Of a stretch of DNA of 64,000 nucleotides, positions 1 to 7,919 are shown piece after piece; within the stretch, counting starts at the first letter, position 1, and every line of letters begins with the position of its first letter. This DNA is from Candidatus Binatia bacterium (lineage in GTDB: Bacteria > Desulfobacterota > Binatia > HRBIN30): the NCBI GenBank assembly GCA_038245295.1, contig JBBRSP010000001.1, positions 1 to 64,000 of the forward strand, read 5' to 3'. The notes under the pieces were generated by a model. It did not search any database. It had not been told where the DNA came from and saw only the letters and a program-made list of their open reading frames with translations. A program made the position numbers and the translations under genes.

Positions 1-136
1 AGAGGCTGTCTCAAAACCTTGCGGAGCCGGCTTCGACAGGCTCAGCCTGAGCGGGTGCTCGGTTGATTTTCAAAGACATTTTGTCCGCTCGCCCTGAGCC
101 CGTCGAAGGGTGAGCCTATGTTTTGAGACAGCCTCT
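1..136. mobile_element. MITE-like non-autonomous element with internal palindrome
   Basis: Perfect 17-bp inverted repeat AGAGGCTGTCTCAAAAC (1-17) / GTTTTGAGACAGCCTCT (120-136); inner IR CTTCGACAGGCTCAG (31-45) / CTGAGCCCGTCGAAG (94-108); no ORF. Confidence 0.7.
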
Positions 137-204
137 GAAGCCTGCGCCTACCAGTTCCCTTCCGCCTACGAACCCAGCGGGTCGGCGCAGGCTTTGAGCC
201 TGCG
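136..204. repeat. Pair of GTAG-type REP-like palindromes
   Basis: TGAAGCCTGCGCCTAC (136-151; reverse complement GTAGGCGCAGGCTTCA) and GTCGGCGCAGGCTTTGAGCCTGCG (181-204). Confidence 0.6.
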
Positions 205-236
205 GTCGCTTAGCCTTGGTGAGGCGCGAGGCCGCT

Positions 237-1826
237 CTACTTCCCGCGCTTACGTTCCGCCGCTCGTTCCGCCGCGAGTCGTTCGAGATCAACGTCGGAA
301 TGGTCGACGTAACGCATCGCCGCGGCGATCGCGCGGTGTCCCGCTTGCTCGCCGATCAGTCGATGCATCTCCTGGCACACGCGCCGGTACGATGGATGGC
401 CTTGGGGTGATGTGCGCAGCTCGGTCACATGCATGGCTTCGCGAGCGTTCATCTCCATGTAGAACCGCAGGCGATAGGCCATGTTGATGGCGTAGGGTGC
501 GGCGCTGGCGAGTCCGGCGCCGCGCAGGTCTTCGAATAAGCCGGCGCAGCGTTGCAAGGTTTGGTGCCACTCGGGTTCGAGACCGGCCTCGCCAATCGCC
601 TCGTCCGTCGCATAGCCGTGCTGTGCTGTGAGGCCCTGCCACTCGAGCGTGAGTAGCCGGTGCCGCTGCAAATCACGAAACGCCCCGTAGTCCGTTAGTA
701 TGTCGAAACGATAGGTCGTGCGCTCGAAAGCACGTCCCGGCTTGTGGCGGCGATTACCGCGCTCGCCGACGTAGGTGCGTAGAACCTCTTCGCGTTGCTT
801 GCGTGTCATGGCGCGTGCGACCTCGAGAAGCTGGCGATCGGACAGATTCGTGGAGCTATAGAGCGCGGCGGCGACGACCTTGGTTTCTCCGTCGGGATCG
901 AAGTCGGTAAGGCTCACCTCGGCCGGCGTTTCGACTCCGGTCGGCATCACGAGATGACCAGCCAGCTTCGCGGTAGCGTCTTGTGTGCGCCGCAGATAGT
1001 CGCTCCAGGCACCTCCACGCTCGGGACGGTCGACACGTTTCAGAAACGACGGGATGATCTGGCGCAACTCGCCGAGCATCATCTCGGCATACGCGCGCGC
1101 CTCGGCCAGCGGGTGCATGCGCATGCGCAGCAGCAAGGCTTCGAAGGCCTGGCCGGTGCCAAACAGGCCGACGTTCGACTGTGTCGCCGCCGGCAAGAGG
1201 CCACGCAGGGTGTCGAGTGCCTTGGCGCGGATGGTGCGCTTGTAGACGACTTCCGGATCGGCCGTGTCACGCGGGAAGCGCCGGCGATAGTAAACCTCCA
1301 TCGGCTCGATCCAGCGGGCGTAGACGTCGAAGGTTGCGTCGAGCGTTCCAACGTATGCCGTCTTGAGGCGCGGCTCCGACTCGAGCTCTTCGGGAACGTG
1401 GTAGCGCCAGACACCACCGGCGCGGCTGTTGTAGGGGATGTAACGTGTCGATTGTTCGAGGTAGGCCATCAGGCGGCCCCATTCGAGGATCTTGGTCAGG
1501 ATATTGGACGCACCCTCGCAGGCGATGTGCGCGCCGCCGAGCTGCGCCACGGAGTCGTCGCCGTATTCGTCGAAGACGCGCGTGTAGAGCTCGTCGGCGC
1601 GTTTGAGGCCGACCGCCTTCTGTGCCGTACCCGAGTCGACCTGATCCAGAAACTCATCGAGGAAGAGGCGCCGCAGGGATTTCGCCGAGCGCGAGTAACG
1701 CGCGAACATGGCGCCTTTGACGACCTCGGGCAGATTGCGCAGAGCGAAGACCGGGCTGTCGAGGTTGGTAAAATACGGCGCCAGCTTCTGTCGCTCGTCG
1801 TCTGAAAAGCTTTCCACGTACGCCAT
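237..1826 (-). CDS. thyX: FAD-dependent thymidylate synthase, tandem two-domain type
   Basis: FARYSRS, YGDDSVAQL, EQSTRY, LRGLLPAAT, FRDLQRHR, ELRTSPQGHPSYR; start reassigned to MAYVESF (ATG 1826) after a purine-rich RBS. Confidence 0.9.
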   Translation of the reverse strand: MAYVESFSDDERQKLAPYFTNLDSPVFALRNLPEVVKGAMFARYSRSAKSLRRLFLDEFLDQVDSGTAQKAVGLKRADELYTRVFDEYGDDSVAQLGGAHIACEGASNILTKILEWGRLMAYLEQSTRYIPYNSRAGGVWRYHVPEELESEPRLKTAYVGTLDATFDVYARWIEPMEVYYRRRFPRDTADPEVVYKRTIRAKALDTLRGLLPAATQSNVGLFGTGQAFEALLLRMRMHPLAEARAYAEMMLGELRQIIPSFLKRVDRPERGGAWSDYLRRTQDATAKLAGHLVMPTGVETPAEVSLTDFDPDGETKVVAAALYSSTNLSDRQLLEVARAMTRKQREEVLRTYVGERGNRRHKPGRAFERTTYRFDILTDYGAFRDLQRHRLLTLEWQGLTAQHGYATDEAIGEAGLEPEWHQTLQRCAGLFEDLRGAGLASAAPYAINMAYRLRFYMEMNAREAMHVTELRTSPQGHPSYRRVCQEMHRLIGEQAGHRAIAAAMRYVDHSDVDLERLAAERAAERKRGK

Positions 1827-1902
1827 CGCCTTTCCTTCCTCACCACCCAACCGCCACAAGTTGCTTCTCAACAACCACCCATCCGAGCGAATAGCAGCTA
1901 GC

Positions 1903-1943
1903 CCCCTCTCCCGCCTGCGGCTCCGTTCGAGGCGGGAGAGGGG
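1903..1943. repeat. REP-like hairpin between the aldehyde dehydrogenase gene and thyX
   Basis: 14-bp IR CCCCTCTCCCGCCT / AGGCGGGAGAGGGG. Confidence 0.55.
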
Positions 1944-1944
1944 A

Positions 1945-3411
1945 TTACTTCCAGGCGATCGCCTGGACTTCCGTATACTCCATGATACCCCAACGCCCGC
2001 CTTCGCGACCGATGCCGCTTTCCTTGAATCCGCCGAAGGGTGAATGCAGCAAGCTGACCGCGCCGTTGATGTTGAGCGAGCCGGTGCGGATCTGCTTGGC
2101 CATGGCCAGGCCCTTGGCGGTATCGGCCGTGTAGATGGACCCACCGAGACCGTACGGCGAATCGTTGGTGATGCGCACGATGTCGTCCTCCGAATCATAG
2201 GGCAACACCGACAGCACGGGTCCGAAAATCTCTTCGCGCGCGATGCGCATCTGGTTGGTCACGTTGCCAAAGACCGTCGGTTCGAGAAAGTAACCCTTCG
2301 GCAGATGTGCCGGCCGCCCGCCGCCGCTGACCAGGGCTGCGCCTTCCTTCTTGCCCGACTCGATGTACTGCTCGATCTGGCTGCGGCGTTCGCCGCGGAT
2401 CACCGGCCCGAGCAGATTGCTGGCATCCGCCGGATCGCCGACCGAGATGAATCCTTTTACGAAGTTGCCGATACGCTCGAGGTAGGCGTCGTGTTTGGAT
2501 CTCGACACCAACACGCGGGTGCACATGGCACAGCCCTGGCCGGCGTGGAAGAAGGCCGGTGTTGCGGTGTAGGGCGTGAACGTGTCGAGGTCGGCATCGT
2601 CGAGCAGGATTGCCGCCGACTTGCCGCCGAGCTCGAGGTGGACCCGCTTCAGCGTCGGCGCGGCCGCCGCCATGATGCGTTTGCCGGTCGCCGCGCTGCC
2701 GGTGTAGCTGATCTTGTCGACCAGCGGGCTATCGACGAGCGCCGAGCCAAGCCCCGGATCCTCGCCGGTGACGACGTTGAACACACCCTTCGGGAGGTCG
2801 CAGTTTTCGATGACCTCGGCGATCAAGAGATCGAGCAGGGGCGCATAGGGCGACGGCTTGATGATCATCGTGCAGCCCGTGGCCAGCGCCGGTCCGATCT
2901 TCTGCACCGTTACGAAGAACGGAAAGTTCCAGGTCGGAATGAGGCCGCAAACGCCGACCGGCTGGTGGTAGGCGAGGGCGTTGTTCACCTGTGTACCCAT
3001 GGGTGTTTGGCTGACTACCGGTGGCAGCATGACCTCCCAGTCGAACGACTCGGCGAGGTCGGCGTAGCTGCCGAGGAGTTCGAGCGGCGTGTCGACCTGG
3101 ATGCCGTGTGTGATCCACTCGGCGCCGGCCATGGCGACCAGCATGCTGCGAATTTCTTCCTTGCGGGCGGCCAGACCGTCGACGAGCTTGCGAATGATGC
3201 GAGCCCGATCACGCGGCGTCGTGCGCCGCCACTCGCCGTCGTCAAAGGCGCGCCGCGCCGCCGCGATGGCGCGGTTCATGTCGGCCGGCGAGGCGTTTGG
3301 CGCCTTGGCGATCACCTCTTCGGTGGCCGGGTTCAGCACGTCGAATGTGCCGGCTCCGCCGTCGCACCACGCACCGTCGATGTAGAGCCGATAGCGTTTG
3401 TCGATTGTCAC
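1945..3411 (-). CDS. NAD(P)-dependent aldehyde dehydrogenase
   Basis: PTWNFP, YTGS, LELGGKS, catalytic AGQGC, EEIFGPV, PFGGFKESGIGRE; GTG start at 3411 with GAGGAGG RBS. Confidence 0.93.
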   Translation of the reverse strand: MTIDKRYRLYIDGAWCDGGAGTFDVLNPATEEVIAKAPNASPADMNRAIAAARRAFDDGEWRRTTPRDRARIIRKLVDGLAARKEEIRSMLVAMAGAEWITHGIQVDTPLELLGSYADLAESFDWEVMLPPVVSQTPMGTQVNNALAYHQPVGVCGLIPTWNFPFFVTVQKIGPALATGCTMIIKPSPYAPLLDLLIAEVIENCDLPKGVFNVVTGEDPGLGSALVDSPLVDKISYTGSAATGKRIMAAAAPTLKRVHLELGGKSAAILLDDADLDTFTPYTATPAFFHAGQGCAMCTRVLVSRSKHDAYLERIGNFVKGFISVGDPADASNLLGPVIRGERRSQIEQYIESGKKEGAALVSGGGRPAHLPKGYFLEPTVFGNVTNQMRIAREEIFGPVLSVLPYDSEDDIVRITNDSPYGLGGSIYTADTAKGLAMAKQIRTGSLNINGAVSLLHSPFGGFKESGIGREGGRWGIMEYTEVQAIAWK

Positions 3412-3538
3412 GCGCGTCCTCCTCGGAAGGCGTCTGTATTGTCGGAATCGCCCGAGCAAGCAAGGGTGGCACTTGGCAAGGTGATGGTTGGGCGCAGGGC
3501 GTCTTGGTTAGGGGGGCGCGGGTCGCCACAAACCGGTC

Positions 3539-3649
3539 AATCGAGAACGGAAGACCCAGAACGGCGAACCGGCCGACGAAGAGACCCGCCGCCGGCTGCT
3601 GGACTTTGCCGGTTCTGAGTTCTGGGTTCTCGATTTTCCGTCCTCGGTT
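3539..3649. repeat. Inverted arrays of degenerate 7-nt repeats
   Basis: AATCGAG-AACGGAA-GACCCAG-AACGGCG-AACCGGC facing GCCGGTT-CTGAGTT-CTGGGTT-CTCGATT-TTCCGTC-CTCGGTT. Confidence 0.5.
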
Positions 3650-3682
3650 CGTTCGCGCCCGCTGGATGGCTACAAGCACACT

Positions 3683-4510
3683 GTGCAGCCACGAACCTTG
3701 CTCATCGGCGCCACGTCAATGCTCGGCTTCAGCCTGGTGCGTCGCTTCCCGACGTTGATGACGCCGCTGGCGAATTCACATAACCGCGCCGCGGACGGCG
3801 AGGCGTGGGCTCGGGCGTTGCTCGATCAACCGGCGCAGTGGCTGCCGTGGCTGCAGGCCGAGCCGCCGGACCTGGTCATCTACGCGCACGCCGTGTGCAA
3901 CGTCAGCAAGTGTCAGCAACATGCGGCGTGGGCGCGGCGCATGAACATCGATTGCCTGGCCTCGGTGTTGCAGCATGTGCCCGCCGCGACGCGCTTCGTC
4001 TATTTGTCGTCGGATCACGTCTTCGGCGGCGACGGAATCTACGACGAGAGCTCGTCGCCGCGGCCGATCAGTGTGTATGGAGAGACGCGAGTTGCCGCCG
4101 AGCGCCTCGTTTTGCAACGTCCTGGTGCCCTCGTGGTGCGCAGCGGTTTGGCAATCGGACCATCCTTGAACGGTCGTGCCGGCTTCTTCGATTGGCTGCG
4201 CTACCGCCAGGCGCAGCAACTGCCATTGACGGTAATTCGAGATGAGTGGCGTTCGACGGCGTGGTCGGCAGATCTGGCGCAGCGCGTCTTTGATCTTGCC
4301 AGATCGGAGCTGACGGGTATCCGTCACGTGACGACGCAGAGTGTCGTGTCACGTCCGGTGCTGGCGAGAGTTCTCATGCAACAGCAGGGGGTATCGCCCG
4401 ACTTCGACGTGCGCGCCCGTGCCGAGCAATCGTATCCGCATCTCGGCTACGTCGAGTTGGCAACGATCTACGACGACGAGCTGGCGGCGCCACTGCCGGC
4501 GCTGTGGTAG
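3683..4510 (+). CDS. RmlD-like SDR (dTDP-4-dehydrorhamnose reductase family)
   Basis: GATSMLG, YLSSDHVFGG, YDESSSPRPISVYGETR. Confidence 0.8.
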   Translation: MQPRTLLIGATSMLGFSLVRRFPTLMTPLANSHNRAADGEAWARALLDQPAQWLPWLQAEPPDLVIYAHAVCNVSKCQQHAAWARRMNIDCLASVLQHVPAATRFVYLSSDHVFGGDGIYDESSSPRPISVYGETRVAAERLVLQRPGALVVRSGLAIGPSLNGRAGFFDWLRYRQAQQLPLTVIRDEWRSTAWSADLAQRVFDLARSELTGIRHVTTQSVVSRPVLARVLMQQQGVSPDFDVRARAEQSYPHLGYVELATIYDDELAAPLPALW

Positions 4511-4539
4511 CTCCCCCCGCCCGAGCCCGTGCGGGAGGG

Positions 4540-5583
4540 CTAGCGCCGCGGATCAAGAACCATCTTCATCGCGCCGCCGCTGCGGTCGGCGAAAAGGCGA
4601 TACGCTTCGACGCCCTGCGACAAGCCCATGCGATGGCTGATGGCGAGCTCCGGTTTCAGTCGGCCACTCTGGACCAGCGGGATGAGCGCCGGCAGCTCGG
4701 CTTGCACCGACGTGAGTCCGATGTGGAACGAGATGGCCATGAACTGCGCCAGCGCCATGGGGAACGGGAAGCGGTGTGTTTGACTGACGCCGACGACCGA
4801 GACGCAGCCGCCGCGCGTGACGAGCTGCAGGGCGAGTTGGATGGTGGCATCACTGCCGACGGCTTCGAGCACGACGTCGGCGCCACGCCCTCCGGTCAGC
4901 GCTTGTAACTCGGACGCCGGGTCGGCGGAGCGTAGGGCGACGGCGCCGAGCGTCTCCGCGAGTGCGCGCCGTTCTTCGACCAGATCGACGGCCCACACGG
5001 TGGCGCCGCCCATGGCGAGTGCCGACATGACGGAGCACAAACCAACCGGCCCAAGCCCGACGACGGCAACCGTCTGCCCCGGACGAATCGCCCCGTGGCG
5101 CGCGCCGTACCAGGCTGTGGGTAGGTTGTCGGTAAGCAGCAGGGCCTGTTCGTCACTGATGCCATCGGGAATACGCACGAGGGATGTGTCGGCTGCCGGC
5201 ACCGCGACGGCTTCGGCCTGGCTCCCCTCGAGTGCGTGGCTCAAGCCGTAACACGCGGCGCGACCGTTGGCGCACAGCAACACGTCGCCGCGCCGGCACG
5301 GATCACAGCTCGCACAGCCGGCGGAGCCGGGGATGAGGACGCGATCGCCGGTGCGAAAACGCTGCACGCCGCTGCCGACCTCGACGACTTCACCGACGCT
5401 TTCATGTCCGACGGTGTAGCCCGTGTCGGGGCTGAAGCCGTGTCCATGATAGATGTGTAAATCGCTGCCACAGATGCCGGCGCGCGCGACGCGTACGACG
5501 GCGCCTTCGACGGCGTCCGGCGTCGGGTCAGCGACGTTCTCGTAGGCGATCTTCTCCGGACCTTGGTAGATCAGTGCCTTCAT
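4540..5583 (-). CDS. Zn-dependent alcohol dehydrogenase (MDR family)
   Basis: GICGSDLH, GHES, CxxCxxC-x7-C, GLGPVG. Confidence 0.92.
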   Translation of the reverse strand: MKALIYQGPEKIAYENVADPTPDAVEGAVVRVARAGICGSDLHIYHGHGFSPDTGYTVGHESVGEVVEVGSGVQRFRTGDRVLIPGSAGCASCDPCRRGDVLLCANGRAACYGLSHALEGSQAEAVAVPAADTSLVRIPDGISDEQALLLTDNLPTAWYGARHGAIRPGQTVAVVGLGPVGLCSVMSALAMGGATVWAVDLVEERRALAETLGAVALRSADPASELQALTGGRGADVVLEAVGSDATIQLALQLVTRGGCVSVVGVSQTHRFPFPMALAQFMAISFHIGLTSVQAELPALIPLVQSGRLKPELAISHRMGLSQGVEAYRLFADRSGGAMKMVLDPRR

Positions 5584-5914
5584 GAATCTCCCTCTGGGGC
5601 CTCACCCCGTCTGCGACGACGAACGCCGGGAAATCGCACCCCGGCGATGCTGAGTCAAATCGAGATGTTGAGATTCGAAACTCCCCTAAAGCCTGGCCAA
5701 TCCTGGACATCGCAGGCGGAATCCCATAGGCGGTTGAGGGCGTGGCACTGTTGAGGGGCAAAGATAATCATACCTGCGTCGTGACGACCGTCGGGGTCGT
5801 GAAATGCTGGGGGATGGAACCTCCGGCAACATGTTGGTGCGTGCCGACGTCGTGTGTCATCCAGTTGAGTGGGAGACGTACGGTTACCACTGGTGAGGGC
5901 TGATGAGGGGCACC

Positions 5915-7644
5915 ATGGTTGTGCTCGGGCTCAATGCCTTTCACGGCGATGCCGCCGCGGTGATCCTGGTCGACGGCGAGCTCGTGGCTGCCGCCGAGGA
6001 GGAACGCTTCGAGCGCGTCAAACACTGGGCAGGGTTCCCAACCAAAGCCGTCGAATACTGTCTCGCCGCCGCCAACGCACGCATCGAAGACGTCGACCAC
6101 GTGGCGATTGGCCGAGATCCGCGAGCCAACCTCGTCGACAAGTTCCTCTATTCGGCGCGCCATCTGCCGAGCCCGTCGTTCGTTGCCGATCGGGCTCGCA
6201 ATCTGCTGCGAGTGGGCCGGCCGCGCAACGAGCTGGCGGCGGCGCTTGGTGTCGACGCCGACCGCGTCCGCGCCAAATCCCACGCCGTCGAACACCACCG
6301 AGCCCATCTCGCCTCGGCGTCTTTTGCCTCGCCGTTCGACAGCGCCGCGGTGGTTTCCATCGACGGCTTTGGTGACTTTGCCAGCACCACGTGGGGCGTC
6401 GGCCGCGACACGCAGATCAACCCTTCGCGGCGGATCCGCTTCCCGCATTCTCTGGGGCTCTTCTACTCTGGCATGGCGCAGTATCTCGGCTTCCCGCGCT
6501 TCGGCGACGAATACAAGGTGATGGGACTAGCGGCATATGGCGAGCCCGACTGCCTCGACGCACTACGGCAAGTGGTGCGAGTACAGCGCGACGGAGGCTT
6601 TGAACTGGGGCTTGAGTACTTCCAGCATCACACCGAGGGAATTGCCATGACGTGGGTCGGCGAGCCGCGCTACGAACGCATCAATTCGGAGCGCCTCGAG
6701 GATCTACTTGGGCCGGCGCGCCAGCCTGGCGCCGCGATGGAAGATCGCTTTCGCGCCGTCGCCGCCTCGGCGCAGGCTGTGTTTGAGGAGGCCTATCTCG
6801 GGATTTTGACGGCCGCCGCAGAGTCGAACCCTGGTCGACGTTTGTGTCTGGCCGGTGGTTGCGCTCTGAACGGTCTGGCCAACGGCAAGATCCTGCGACG
6901 TGAAAGGTGTGACGAGCTCTTCATCCAACCGGCGGCGTATGATGCCGGCACGGCGCTCGGCGCGGCGTTGCATGTCTGGCATCAGACCTTGCGACAGCCG
7001 CGCCGCTTCCGCCAAACCCACAGCTACTTCGGGCCGGGCTTCTCGCAAACCGAGGTCGAAGACCTGTTGCAAGCCGAGGGTGTGCCGTACACCACGTTGG
7101 CCGACGATGTGTTGCTGCCGCGTGTCGCCGCGGCGATACGCGATGGCCAGGTGGTCGGCTGGTTCCAGGGCCGAATGGAGTGGGGCCCGCGGGCTCTCGG
7201 CAACCGCAGCATCCTGGTGGATCCGCGCCGCGCCGAGATGAAGGACATTCTCAACCAGCGCATCAAACGCCGCGAATCGTTCCCCCATTTGCGCCGGCCA
7301 TCCTCATCGAGCGTATTGGCGACTACTTCGAGGAGTCGTATCCGGACCCGTTCATGCTGAAGATCTATCCGATCCACCCCCACAAACGCGCCGAAATCCC
7401 CGCGGTCGTGCACGTCGACGGTACGGGGCGGGTGCAGACGGTCGCGCGCGCCGAGAACCCGCGGTACTACGACCTCATCGCCGCCTTCGAACGGCTCACC
7501 GGTGTGCCGATCCTACTCAACACCTCGTTCAACGAGAATGAGCCGATCGTTTGTACGCCGAAGGAAGCACTGGATTGCTTCCGGCGCTCGCGCATGGGCT
7601 TGCTGGTTCTCGAGAATGCGCTGGTACAAAGGCCCGCCGAATGA
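5915..7644 (+). pseudogene. NodU/CmcH-family carbamoyltransferase with a single 1-nt frameshift near 7284
   Basis: [54 protein letters not shown], then PFAP...HVDGTGRVQTV, LLNTSFN in the next frame; the conserved RESFRPFAP lacks one G. Confidence 0.8.
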
Positions 7645-7919
7645 ATGAGCCGCGTCAGCTCGGCAAGTAGTCGTTCAGGAGCGATCATGAGTGTGGCCAT
7701 GTGGAAGAAGAGCTGAGGTAATCGAAACGAAGCAAGCCAGCACAGGGGAACGTTTGACGCATCCGCCAGCGTCCTGCTCGGCCTTTTCGGCCTGCGGCGG
7801 TTATGGCAGCGCTCCCAGTGAGACCGGCAAAAAGGGGACAGGACCCTTTGTTTAGATCCAGATTGGCTACGCTACGCAAGGGAACCTTCCTAAACAACGG
7901 GGACAGGACTCTTTAGCCG

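Noticed and set aside
1827..2198. N-terminal extensions given by the ORF track (also 15346-17463, 48086-49246, 31610-35038 and 61869-63197)
   Set aside because: They overlap upstream genes; internal starts with an RBS or stop/start coupling fit better.
2044..3618. Long antisense ORFs such as 2044-3618, 9894-11291, 46726-47775 and 56478-57590
   Set aside because: They fully overlap well-supported genes, have no motifs, and are expected in high-GC DNA.
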